In this document: piece after piece, positions 1 to 8,456 of the stretch
How the letters are laid out: each line of letters opens with the position of its first letter
How positions within the stretch are numbered: the stretch's first letter is position 1
Made by a program: the position numbers and the translations under genes
The notes under the pieces: generated by a model
Told to the model about the DNA's origin: nothing
What the model saw: the letters and a program-made list of their open reading frames with translations, nothing else
The model's database searches: none
Source of the DNA: an uncultured bacterium
GTDB taxonomy: Bacteria > Hydrogenedentota > Hydrogenedentia > Hydrogenedentales > JAEUWI01
Assembly (NCBI GenBank): GCA_963977445.1
Contig: CAXBPH010000185.1
Span: forward strand, 1-14,239
DNA: 14,239 nt
Direction: 5' to 3'

Positions 1-10
1 TTCCCATCAT
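1..10 (-). CDS. 5' end of an unidentified gene running off the left edge
   Basis: Minus strand reads AAGGAGGT-AGA-ATG-ATG-GGA: a perfect Shine-Dalgarno (14-21) followed by ATGs at 10 and 7. The ATG at 7 has the better 6-nt spacing. Product cannot be determined. Confidence 0.6.
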
Positions 11-108
11 TCTACCTCCTTCAAACCAACACGCATCTATGCATGCTAACAGTCTCGCCCGTTGGTGTTGGTATTGCCCACTTCAGATTTCTAGGTCGGC
101 CACGGGTT

Positions 109-2079
109 TTATTTGGTCCAAGGAATCTTGTAGGGCGAGACAGTCCCTATACGCTCCACACCGCGTAGCAAGACCACGGTTCGATCATCGTTTAGGGGCT
201 CATTGCCGACGAATTCCCGAACCTGTTTCAGCAAGTCGGCCACCTGCTCAGTAGCCCCCTTATCGTCTCCGATGGCGGCGGCCATACGATCATCGCCGAA
301 GAGGTTCTGGTCGCAGTCCATGGCTTCCGTGATACCGTCGGTGTAGAGGAGCAGGGTCTGCCCTATCTCCAGATTCACGGTGGAGGCTTCATAGCTAACC
401 TCCTCCATGATGCCCAGGGGAAGGCCACCTTGTTTCTCCAGGGTGCGGACGCTATTTCCCTGTGCTTCGGCCACCATGGGCGGATTGTGGCCCGCCGAGG
501 AGTATCGGAAGCTTCGGTCGCTGGGGTCGTAGACTCCGTAGATGGCGGTGACGAAATCGCCCCGATGCTCATAGTGGCGGGCGAGGTTGCGGTTGATGTA
601 GGCGATGGCGTTCTCTGGCCCCGTTTCCAGGGGCTCTTCATGGAGAATGTGAGCAATCGTGTGGGTGATGGCCATGAGAACGGCCGCGGGGCTGCCGTGG
701 CCGCTTACGTCGGCGATGAGGATGCCCAGGTTGCCATTGCGCAGGGGAAAGAAGTCGTAGTAGTCCCCCCCGGCCCGCTGACAGGTTTCATAATGGGTCG
801 CGATATCGAGTCCAGCCACCACGGGTTTTTTTCCGGGCAGGAGACTACGCTGGATGTTTCCGATGATTTCGAATTCGGCATCGAGAAGGCGGTAGGCCGC
901 CGCGATTTGTTCCTTCTGCGCTTCGGAGAGGATGTTGGCTTCGCGGAGATCGGATTCGATTTTTTTGAGATAGGTAATCTCTGTCCCCGCAAGGATGACC
1001 GAATCTTCTTTCGGAAAACTCACATAGTGGCAGTTGAAGGTACGGTTGTCAGCGGTGGTTTCATCCCGAAAGGTTCGTCCAGGTGTTTCGAGTGAATCCC
1101 GTACCAAATCACGATACCCGGATGAAAGCAGTTCGTCGAGGTGCTCCTCGCTGAGGCTGAGTGCCTCCAGGAGTTGTTTTCCAGCAGGGTTGATATAGCG
1201 AGCCACGCCTTCAGGCGAGAGCTCCATCACTATGTTGGGATTGGCCTCGGGGAATCGAGAGAGCTTTTCAATCTGCGCCACGTAGCGCTGCATCATGACA
1301 TCGTGGTGTTCCCGGGTATATTGGATGGAGCCGAGGGCATACATGGTTACCGCCGCAGCCAAGGCGGCTATGACACCCAGCCCGCAAAAGAGGACAATCG
1401 CCACCATGGGGTACCAGATGTAGAGGAGGGTCGGTAGGAGTACCAGAAAGAAGGCCAGGAGTCCAACCCGTGGTGCGGCACGAAACAGGACGCGATGATC
1501 CCCATACTTGGCATGGCGTTGGACGTAGTGCTGAACAAAGATACTCAGGGGAAGTTCGCAATAGGAATAGGTCGCGCTGAAGTGGTCGTGTTCGCGGTCG
1601 TATTGGAGCAGAAAACAAAACCGATGAAAGCCCACGTCGGTCAGCATCTGCCCGGCCACCCGGGAGGCCCGCCAGCCCTTGTATTCCGTCGTCGGTGCCG
1701 TAGCCGAGCGGAGATGTATGTGGGCGTGGAACAACAGCAGGACGGCTTCGGTAACCTGCCCCTCCTCCAGCTGGACATCCAAACTAATCTGCTTTACCCC
1801 CATGGCGTGGAGCGTTTCATGGAGTAGGGAACACGATGCCACGTAGTGGGTCGACTCGGGATCGTCATTCAACGTCAGGCCGTCTTCGGTTACCCGCAGG
1901 ATATTAAATGTCGCTCCCGACTTCGCACGGAGTGGAGAGATTTCGTGTTCGAAGGCCGTGGCCAGGGGGCGCAACTCCTGTAAGACGTGGCGATGCTTGA
2001 CGGACAAGCGATTCATGACGCCCACACCCCAGAGGTGGCCTGCAAACTTACGGACGATTTGGACAGCCTCGCGCAGCAT
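109..2079 (-). CDS. Membrane-bound PP2C-type (SpoIIE/RsbU family) Ser/Thr phosphatase with N-terminal unknown domain, 2 TM helices and a PAS-like domain, 656 aa
   Basis: Intact PP2C motifs GGDYYD, IADVSGHG, YSSAGHNPP, LLLYTDGITEA and DDRT. PAS-like start FPEANPNIVMELSPEGVARYINPAG. Hydrophobic hairpin VGLLAFF...AVTMYAL. Start moved from 2268 to ATG 2079 because AAGGAG lies 5 nt upstream and the longer version runs into the repeat region. Confidence 0.9.
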   Translation of the reverse strand: MLREAVQIVRKFAGHLWGVGVMNRLSVKHRHVLQELRPLATAFEHEISPLRAKSGATFNILRVTEDGLTLNDDPESTHYVASCSLLHETLHAMGVKQISLDVQLEEGQVTEAVLLLFHAHIHLRSATAPTTEYKGWRASRVAGQMLTDVGFHRFCFLLQYDREHDHFSATYSYCELPLSIFVQHYVQRHAKYGDHRVLFRAAPRVGLLAFFLVLLPTLLYIWYPMVAIVLFCGLGVIAALAAAVTMYALGSIQYTREHHDVMMQRYVAQIEKLSRFPEANPNIVMELSPEGVARYINPAGKQLLEALSLSEEHLDELLSSGYRDLVRDSLETPGRTFRDETTADNRTFNCHYVSFPKEDSVILAGTEITYLKKIESDLREANILSEAQKEQIAAAYRLLDAEFEIIGNIQRSLLPGKKPVVAGLDIATHYETCQRAGGDYYDFFPLRNGNLGILIADVSGHGSPAAVLMAITHTIAHILHEEPLETGPENAIAYINRNLARHYEHRGDFVTAIYGVYDPSDRSFRYSSAGHNPPMVAEAQGNSVRTLEKQGGLPLGIMEEVSYEASTVNLEIGQTLLLYTDGITEAMDCDQNLFGDDRMAAAIGDDKGATEQVADLLKQVREFVGNEPLNDDRTVVLLRGVERIGTVSPYKIPWTK

Positions 2080-2117
2080 GAACGCTCCTTGTAACGTTGA
2101 ACCCAATCTGTAGTGAC

Positions 2118-2146
2118 AGTATACGGGTGTATTCACAGGGAGTCGA
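2118..2146 (-). promoter_or_regulatory. Putative sigma70 promoter for the phosphatase gene
   Basis: Minus strand TCGACT-N17-TATACT, about 40 nt upstream of ATG 2079. Confidence 0.5.
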
Positions 2147-2198
2147 GGATGGGGTTGGGAATCACGCGAACGTGAAATTCTGGCGTGCGGTTCTACAG

Positions 2199-2515
2199 GG
2201 CGTTGGCGTCCTATAGGATCTTGGACATTCCTGTCCGAGGCAAGGCGGATGCTCCTCTGAGGCAGCAATGACGGTCTCTCGGAAATACTGGCGCAGAGAA
2301 GTTACGACGTAGGTGATGAAGAAATCGCCACTTTGGTGGGTAATATTCTTTGGTGTTGTCGTCCAATAGGAGCTTGGACATTCTTGTCCGAGGTAACGCG
2401 GACGTTGGCCTGGAGGCGCAATGGCCGTCTCTCGGAAATGCTGGCGCAGAAAAGTTACGACGTAGGTGATGAGGGAATTGTCACCCTTGTACGTAATATT
2501 CTTTGGCGTTGTCGT
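2199..2515. repeat. Imperfect tandem direct repeat, 153-bp unit x2 plus a short partial third copy
   Basis: 2199-2351 aligns to 2352-2504 without gaps, with about 29 mismatches by manual count (~81% identity). Shared blocks include TTGGACATTC, GTCTCTCGGAAAT, AAGTTACGACGTAGGTGATGA and GTAATATTCTTTGG. Confidence 0.92.
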
Positions 2516-2549
2516 TCACGTTGCCTCGGACAGGAATGTCCAAGATCCT
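2215..2549. repeat. REP-like palindromic element, three copies (two direct, one inverted)
   Basis: AGGATCTTGGACATTCCTGTCCGAGGCAA at 2215-2243 is the exact 29-bp reverse complement of 2521-2549. A variant copy lies at 2368-2396. Each copy has an internal hairpin GGACA-TTCC/TTCT-TGTCC. Confidence 0.75.
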
Positions 2550-2675
2550 TTCAAGTGCCCCTCAGGGGGACGGCCCCGACTGTCTTCGTGCCATTGTATA
2601 GGCTTGGGGCACCGATTGACCAGGACATAAGCAGTGCATACCACCGCAGGCCAGGTCGGTGTGGTCAGTAGGCAC

Positions 2676-3473
2676 TCAGCTTTTCGTAGCGTCCACCAGG
2701 GACTTCACGAAGGCCCCCACTTTCGGTGCGGTCTCGTCGCTGTCGCCGAGTTCACCAATCATGCGGACGATGGCGCTGCCTACTACCACGCCCTGGGCCA
2801 TGGTAGCGACGACTTTCGCCTGCTCGGGGGTGGAGATGCCGAAGCCGACGGCCACGGGGGTATCGGTGTGTTTCTGTATATTGGCGACGGCGGTGTCCAA
2901 ATCGTTGGCCAGTGCGGCTTGCTCGCCGGTGACACCGAGGCGGGACACGTAGTAGATAAAGCCCGTCGACTGTTTGGCGATCAGCTCGATCCGTTCGTCG
3001 GTACTGGTAGGCGACATGAGGAAGACGGTCCGCAGATCGTTGGCGTCGAGGGCAGCCTTGTAGCCGTCGGCCTCTTCGGGAGGCAGATCAACACAGAGCA
3101 CCCCGTCGGCACCGGCATCGGCAGCGGCCGTTGCGAATGCTTCCAGCCCATAGGCCAACACAGGGTTGTAGTAGGTGAAGATGAGAATGGCGACCTGGGA
3201 CTTCGCCCGGATGTTCTTGATGAGGCCAATGACATCCTTCAGGGTGACGTGGTTCTTCAGCGCGCGGAGGGCCGCTTCCTGATTTACCGGGCCGTCACCG
3301 ATGGGGTCCGAAAAGGGCACACCAAATTCGATGATGTCCGCGCCGGCTTCTTCCAGGGCGTAGACGATCTTTTCGGTCTGTGCGAGGGTCGGGTCACCGG
3401 CGGTGATATAGGGAATGAATGCGGTTTTTCCCGCGGCTTTCAGGTCTTGGAATCGTTGGTCAATGCGGTTCAC
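2676..3473 (-). CDS. trpA: Tryptophan synthase alpha chain
   Basis: FIPYITAGDP, IEFGVPFSDPIGDGP (catalytic Glu/Asp), YYVSRLGVTG, VGFGIS, GVVVGSA. GTG start with GAGGAG upstream. Confidence 0.98.
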   Translation of the reverse strand: MNRIDQRFQDLKAAGKTAFIPYITAGDPTLAQTEKIVYALEEAGADIIEFGVPFSDPIGDGPVNQEAALRALKNHVTLKDVIGLIKNIRAKSQVAILIFTYYNPVLAYGLEAFATAAADAGADGVLCVDLPPEEADGYKAALDANDLRTVFLMSPTSTDERIELIAKQSTGFIYYVSRLGVTGEQAALANDLDTAVANIQKHTDTPVAVGFGISTPEQAKVVATMAQGVVVGSAIVRMIGELGDSDETAPKVGAFVKSLVDATKS

Positions 3474-3478
3474 GGTGC

Positions 3479-4711
3479 CTATATCTCCTCGTCCGGCATG
3501 ATGAGCCGGGCGGCTTGCGTTACATCTTTATCGCCACGACCCGAAAGGTTCACGATGACGATATCGTCTTTGGGCATGTCGGGCACGACCTTGATGGCGT
3601 GGGCGATGGCGTGGGAGCTTTCCAGGGCGGGAATGATGCCCTCCAGCTTGCTGCACGTCTGAAAGGCGGCGAGGGCTTCTTCGTCACTGGCGTGGGTGTA
3701 GTTGACCCGGCCACTCTTGTGAAAGAACGCATGCTCTGGACCAACACTGGCATAATCCAGCCCGGCGGAAACACTGTGGGTGGCACCAATTTGTCCGGCG
3801 TCATCCTGGAGCACATAGCTGATGGCCCCATGGAGCATGCCGTAGTGGCCACCATCGAATCGGGCCGCATGTTCTCCGGGAACGATGGCCCGCCCCCCCG
3901 CTTCCACGCCGATCATGGCGACGTCTTCGTCTCCTACGAATTCAAAAAACAGTCCGATGGCATTGCTGCCGCCACCGACGCAGGCGATGAGTGTGTTGGG
4001 CAGGCGGCCCTCGGCGGCGAGGATTTGCCGCCGGGCTTCTTTGCCGATAACGCTCTGAAAATCGCGGCAAATCATGGGAAAGGGATGGGGTCCATGTACC
4101 GTGCCCAGGACATAGTGTGAATCGCCTACGGTGGTCACCCAATCACGGAGGGCCTCGTTGATGGCGTCTTTGAGGGTCTTACTGCCCGATTTTACCGAGA
4201 CGACTTCACTGCCGAGGAGGCGCATGCGGAATACATTGAGCTTTTGACGCTCAATATCTTCCGAGCCCATGTAGACGACACATTTCAAGCCCAGGAGCGC
4301 GCAGGCGGTCGCTGTGGCCACGCCGTGCTGCCCCGCGCCGGTTTCGGCGATAATACGCTTCTTTCCCATGCGCTTGGCCAGCAGACACTGTCCGAGGGCG
4401 TTATTTATCTTGTGGGCACCGGTATGGGCCAAATCTTCCCGTTTGAGATAGATTTTCGCACCACCGAGATGTTCCGTCAGGCGGGAAGCGAAATAAAGTG
4501 GCGTTTCCCGACCGATGTAGTGGGTGCGCAGGTCTTCGAGCTGTGCCTCAAAGGCGGGGTCCGCCTGGGCAGCGATATAGGCCTTTTCAAGTTCGTCGAG
4601 GGCATACATGAGCGTCTCGGGGACAAATTTTCCTCCGAAATCACCGTAGCGCCCCTTGGCGTCAGGCCAGAGATGCTTTTGCGTTGTGGATGAAGGCGCG
4701 AATTCGGTCAT
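3479..4711 (-). CDS. trpB: Tryptophan synthase beta chain
   Basis: [15 protein letters not shown] (PLP lysine), [46 protein letters not shown]. Exact start is uncertain (50-nt overlap with trpF). Confidence 0.98.
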   Translation of the reverse strand: MTEFAPSSTTQKHLWPDAKGRYGDFGGKFVPETLMYALDELEKAYIAAQADPAFEAQLEDLRTHYIGRETPLYFASRLTEHLGGAKIYLKREDLAHTGAHKINNALGQCLLAKRMGKKRIIAETGAGQHGVATATACALLGLKCVVYMGSEDIERQKLNVFRMRLLGSEVVSVKSGSKTLKDAINEALRDWVTTVGDSHYVLGTVHGPHPFPMICRDFQSVIGKEARRQILAAEGRLPNTLIACVGGGSNAIGLFFEFVGDEDVAMIGVEAGGRAIVPGEHAARFDGGHYGMLHGAISYVLQDDAGQIGATHSVSAGLDYASVGPEHAFFHKSGRVNYTHASDEEALAAFQTCSKLEGIIPALESSHAIAHAIKVVPDMPKDDIVIVNLSGRGDKDVTQAARLIMPDEEI

Positions 4712-5282
4712 GATCTTTCTTTCCGGGGGCAGATTCCACCCCGCTCGACGTATCTACGGCGTAGGGCCGTACGAGGCCCACGGCTTCGGCTACATTTTCG
4801 GGTGTGAGGCCACCCGCGAGTATGATTGGTTTTCCTGTACCCACCGCCATCTTCGCAAATTCCCAGTCGCCCTGCTCTCCTGTGCCGCCCCGATCCGTGT
4901 TGGACCAGGCATCCAGCAGGTAGGCGCGCACGGGGTACCGCGTCATGTCACTGATACCAAAGCCCGGGCCGGGCCGAAAGGCTTTGATGGTCACGTGACT
5001 CGGTGGACAGTCCTCGGGCTCTTCTTCGCCATGAAGCTGAACGCAGTCAAAATAGGTCAGATGTCCGGCCAACTCCATGATGGGGGCATTTACCGTCACC
5101 GCAACGGTGGTGATAAAGGGGGGCAACTGCTCGATAATTTCAATAGCCGCTTCCCGCTCTATATAGCGATTGCGTTTCTTTGCTTCGGGTGCCAACACAA
5201 AACCGAGGGCGTCGGCTCCAGCTTCACAGGCCACCAGGGCATCTTCCAGGTTGGTGATGCCGCAAATCTTAACTTTGGTCAT
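4662..5282 (-). CDS. trpF: Phosphoribosylanthranilate isomerase
   Basis: [49 protein letters not shown] 5282 overlaps the end of trpC. Confidence 0.97.
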   Translation of the reverse strand: MTKVKICGITNLEDALVACEAGADALGFVLAPEAKKRNRYIEREAAIEIIEQLPPFITTVAVTVNAPIMELAGHLTYFDCVQLHGEEEPEDCPPSHVTIKAFRPGPGFGISDMTRYPVRAYLLDAWSNTDRGGTGEQGDWEFAKMAVGTGKPIILAGGLTPENVAEAVGLVRPYAVDTSSGVESAPGKKDHDRIRAFIHNAKASLA

Positions 5283-6051
5283 GGCCAAGCAACTCCCGCA
5301 TTTTTCCCCGGATGTCGTTGCTCGTCAAAAGCGATTCACCCACCAGGATGGCATCCACGCCCCCGGCTTCCAGGGTTTCCACCTGCTCACGGGTATAGAT
5401 TCCACTCTCGCTGACCAGGGTATTGCCGCCGGGAACCATCCTTTTCAGTTCCAGCGTCCGATTTACATCCACGGTCAAGGTGTCGAGGTCGCGATTGTTA
5501 ATACCAATGATATGCGCACCGGCATCCAGAGCCCGGGAAATTTCTTCCGCCGTGTGGGTCTCCACCAGCACTTCCATCTCCAACTTCCGGGCAAGTTTGT
5601 AAAAATTCATGAGCTCTTTGTCGGTCAGGCATCGGACGATGAGCAGGATGGCATCCGCGGAGGCCGCCCGGGCTTCATAAATCTGATACTCGTCGATGAC
5701 GAACTCTTTGCGAAGACAAGGTATCTGCACATGGCGGTGTACGTTAGTCAGATCTTCGAGCTTGCCTTTGAAGAACTTCTCGTCGGTCAAGACGGATATA
5801 GCCCGGGCACCCATTTGCTCGTAGAGGGCGGCAATTTCGACCGCATCGACGTCCGGCAGGATATCGCCCTTGGACGGTGAGGCCCGTTTGACCTCGGCGA
5901 TAAGGCTTATGCCTTCCTGGCGCAGGGCGGCGCGGAAATCCCGGGGTTTTCGGTTGAAGGAAATTCTTTCCTCCAACTCCGCCATGGGAACGGATATCTT
6001 ACGCGCTTCTACTTCAACGCGCTTATTTTCTAGGATAGGATCAAGAATCAT
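5269..6051 (-). CDS. trpC: Indole-3-glycerol phosphate synthase
   Basis: IAEVKRASPSKG, AISVLTD, LRKEFVID, ADAILLI, IGINNRDL, VSESGI, LVGESL. ATG 6051 overlaps the last 11 nt of trpD. Confidence 0.97.
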   Translation of the reverse strand: MILDPILENKRVEVEARKISVPMAELEERISFNRKPRDFRAALRQEGISLIAEVKRASPSKGDILPDVDAVEIAALYEQMGARAISVLTDEKFFKGKLEDLTNVHRHVQIPCLRKEFVIDEYQIYEARAASADAILLIVRCLTDKELMNFYKLARKLEMEVLVETHTAEEISRALDAGAHIIGINNRDLDTLTVDVNRTLELKRMVPGGNTLVSESGIYTREQVETLEAGGVDAILVGESLLTSNDIRGKMRELLGHDQS

Positions 6052-7054
6052 TGCTTCTCTGGACCAACTGTTCAAGTTTTTTCAATGCGGCCCCCGAATC
6101 GATGGCCACCCGAGCTTGCTCTATACCCGCTGCAATATTGTCAGCGGCGCCACCAGCCACCAGGGCCGGTGCTGCATTGAGGAGGACGATATCCCGACGT
6201 GGTCCGGGTTCGCCGGAAAGTACCGCGCGCAGAATGGCGGCATTGGCCTGGGCGTCGCCCCCCTTGAGGGCATCGGCCGATACGGTGGAAAGGCCAAAGT
6301 CTTCGGGGTGCACCTCGTAGGTGCGCACCATGCCGTCTCTCGCCTCTGCAACATAGCTGGAGCCCGTCAGCGTAATCTCGTCGAGTCCGTCGGAACCAGC
6401 GACAATAAACACATGGCGGCTGCCCAGATTCATGAGCACTTCTGCAATCGGAGCGACCAGCGACTTGTCAAAGACGCCGACCACCTGATTTTCAGCACCG
6501 GCAGGATTGGTAAGCGGGCCAAGAATGTTAAACATGGTGCGCAATTTAAGTTCTGCGCGAATGGGTCCCACGTTTTTCATGGCGCTGTGAAGATTGCGGG
6601 CAAAAAGGAATCCGATACCGATGGTATCGACGCACTCTCCCACGCGCTCGGCACCGACATTCAGGTTAACGCCCAGCGCTTCCAACACATCGGCACTGCC
6701 ACAAAGGCTTGACGCACTCCGGTTGCCGTGTTTGGCAACAGGGACCCCAGCGCCAGCAACGACAAAGGCCGACGTCGTGGATATGTTGAAGGTGCCCGAA
6801 TGGTCTCCACCCGTGCCGCACGTGTCTACCATGCCCACGGAGGTGGTGGGGATCTTGGTGGACAGGGCTCGCATGGTTTCCGCGAAACCCGTGATCTCCT
6901 CAACCGTTTCGCCTTTCATGGCAAAAGCGGTGAGCAGCGCGCCTACCTGACTTGGGGTGGCTTCCCCCGACATGAGAATGCGCATTACGGCGGAGGCGCT
7001 TTCCCGATCAAGATTTTCGCCGCGTACAACACGCGCGAGGGCCTCTTGAATCAT
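6041..7054 (-). CDS. trpD: Anthranilate phosphoribosyltransferase
   Basis: DTCGTGGD, FNISTT, AKHGNRS, GSADVLEALG, RTMFNILGPLTNPA, DGLDE. AGGAG RBS upstream of ATG 7054. Confidence 0.98.
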   Translation of the reverse strand: MIQEALARVVRGENLDRESASAVMRILMSGEATPSQVGALLTAFAMKGETVEEITGFAETMRALSTKIPTTSVGMVDTCGTGGDHSGTFNISTTSAFVVAGAGVPVAKHGNRSASSLCGSADVLEALGVNLNVGAERVGECVDTIGIGFLFARNLHSAMKNVGPIRAELKLRTMFNILGPLTNPAGAENQVVGVFDKSLVAPIAEVLMNLGSRHVFIVAGSDGLDEITLTGSSYVAEARDGMVRTYEVHPEDFGLSTVSADALKGGDAQANAAILRAVLSGEPGPRRDIVLLNAAPALVAGGAADNIAAGIEQARVAIDSGAALKKLEQLVQRSNDS

Positions 7055-7104
7055 GAGAAATCTCCTGTAAGTTTATACACTGCACGCCCGCATAGAGGAC
7101 AGTG

Positions 7105-7134
7105 ACTTTACCAATCGAGGGGCTTTAAAGTCAA
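7105..7134 (-). promoter_or_regulatory. Putative sigma70 promoter for trpDCFBA, embedded in an inverted repeat
   Basis: Minus strand TTGACT-N18-TAAAGT, with TG-N before the -10 box (extended -10). It overlaps the dyad TGACTTTA(7103-7110)-N15-TAAAGTCA(7126-7133). Confidence 0.55.
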
Positions 7135-7145
7135 TAAGTGTCCAA

Positions 7146-8456
7146 TTATGGCTTTGTTTGGACACCTCGAAAAAGCGCCTCTCCCCTCAACCTTTCAGCG
7201 ACTACTTTGTGTGCCGTTGGCCGGGGATGACTGTCGTAGGGAAGGAAGAAGTAGTCTTCTGGCTTGCCAGTGAGCAGCGCGGTGTAATCCAGGACCCGTA
7301 TTCCCCGCTTTTCCAAGTAGGGAATCATGATCCTCGTGTCGAATTCATTCGAAGGGGTCTCAGGATAAAAAAGGACATAGAAATCATCGGAAGCAAACTG
7401 TGCCGTGAACTCTTCCGCGGCCGCCTCGATGATCGCGGCGGTCAATTGGAATTCCTTTTTGCCGAGAAAAATCGGAAAGTCCAGCTGGTAGTACTGAAAG
7501 ACCTGATCACCCTGGAGGAAATCGTACCATTGTGTGAGGCCCGCCCGTTCCCCCTGAAAGGATCCTGAACGTACGACTTCCCCATCGCCTCCAAAGTGAT
7601 AGTAGGGCGAATGGCGCGACCAATTTATGACGGAATACGCACCGATAACCCGCCGTACGTGATTGGGTATGAAGGTATACACCGCCGCCACGGTTGCTTC
7701 TGGCACGTCAGCCCGTACATCGTAGGACTCCAGGCGGGCGAGCATCTGGCCGGGGCCGTAGCCACTGAAAGCATAATTATACATGGTCGTGTCCGGCTCG
7801 AGCAGGGCGAGTTGATTGGGCAGCGTTTCTTCATCGTTGACGCCCTCGCCGAAGGCGAAGGAGCCGCCGAAAAATAGGATGGCCCTTTCGCGCTGGGTAT
7901 TCGTGTTCGCCTGGCTGGGAACGTTGCGCCGCTTGTGGCTATCGGTGGTGTAGGTGTAATCGAAAACAAGTTCACCGCGAACGGTCAGTCGTGCGTCTGC
8001 CGTGAATTGGGGTCTGGGGCCATAGCCTAACACCCGGTCAAACCGGTAACTGTCGCCCCGACTGTGAGACCCGATACGTTCGATAGTTTCCGCACGATTG
8101 CGGTTCAATTTCCAATATACCCCTTGGGCCATGCCATAGAGTCCGAGAAAGATCAGAAAAAAAACCAGCGGGCCTGCTAATCCGCTGATACGCCGGACCC
8201 TTTTCTCTTCCATAGGTTGGAAATAGCGGGCCAGACAAACGCCAAGTAGCCCAGCAATAAAAAGCCAAATACCCAATAGGGTGCATTGGTATTCATAGGG
8301 GGCGAGTCGACCAATGCCCAGGCGATAGCATACATAGACGCCTCCCCCACACCCCACGACGGCTACCCAGCAAAGGAGCGCGAGCCGGGTGCGCTGCCAT
8401 CGCGCTGCCTTAGAAAGGGCGGTGTTCTCCTCTGACGAAGCACCGCTATTTCCCAT
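7146..8456 (-). CDS. Membrane-anchored SGNH/GDSL hydrolase-like protein (~436 aa)
   Basis: Three N-terminal hydrophobic helices. Block I-like FFGGSFAFGEG, block II-like YNYAFSGYG and C-terminal YDSHP (D-x-H). Start chosen at ATG 8456 (MGNSG), which overlaps the upstream gene by 11 nt. Confidence 0.7.
   Translation of the reverse strand: MGNSGASSEENTALSKAARWQRTRLALLCWVAVVGCGGGVYVCYRLGIGRLAPYEYQCTLLGIWLFIAGLLGVCLARYFQPMEEKRVRRISGLAGPLVFFLIFLGLYGMAQGVYWKLNRNRAETIERIGSHSRGDSYRFDRVLGYGPRPQFTADARLTVRGELVFDYTYTTDSHKRRNVPSQANTNTQRERAILFFGGSFAFGEGVNDEETLPNQLALLEPDTTMYNYAFSGYGPGQMLARLESYDVRADVPEATVAAVYTFIPNHVRRVIGAYSVINWSRHSPYYHFGGDGEVVRSGSFQGERAGLTQWYDFLQGDQVFQYYQLDFPIFLGKKEFQLTAAIIEAAAEEFTAQFASDDFYVLFYPETPSNEFDTRIMIPYLEKRGIRVLDYTALLTGKPEDYFFLPYDSHPRPTAHKVVAERLRGEALFRGVQTKP

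Noticed and set aside
2080..2268. 63-aa N-terminal extension of the phosphatase ORF given in the ORF track
   Set aside because: It runs through the promoter-like sequence and the repeat region, and a good RBS precedes ATG 2079.
2199..2549. CRISPR array interpretation of the repeats
   Set aside because: The 'spacers' are ~124 bp and homologous to each other, the third repeat is inverted, and no cas genes are present.
2555..2571. CCCC-TCA-GGGG hairpin as trp operon terminator
   Set aside because: The stem is very short and there is no U-tract on the minus strand.
2333..2671. 112-aa plus-strand ORF across the repeat
   Set aside because: It is a translation of repeat/REP DNA, the same frame has a stop in copy 1, and there is no recognisable motif.
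2634..7105. Long plus-strand ORFs (342, 233, 252, 236, 280 aa etc.) opposite the trp genes
   Set aside because: Antisense shadow frames typical of GC-rich coding DNA, with no family motifs.
8157..8164. A8 homopolymer as a phase-variation tract
   Set aside because: It is short, encodes Val-Phe-Phe in a TM helix, and the frame is intact.
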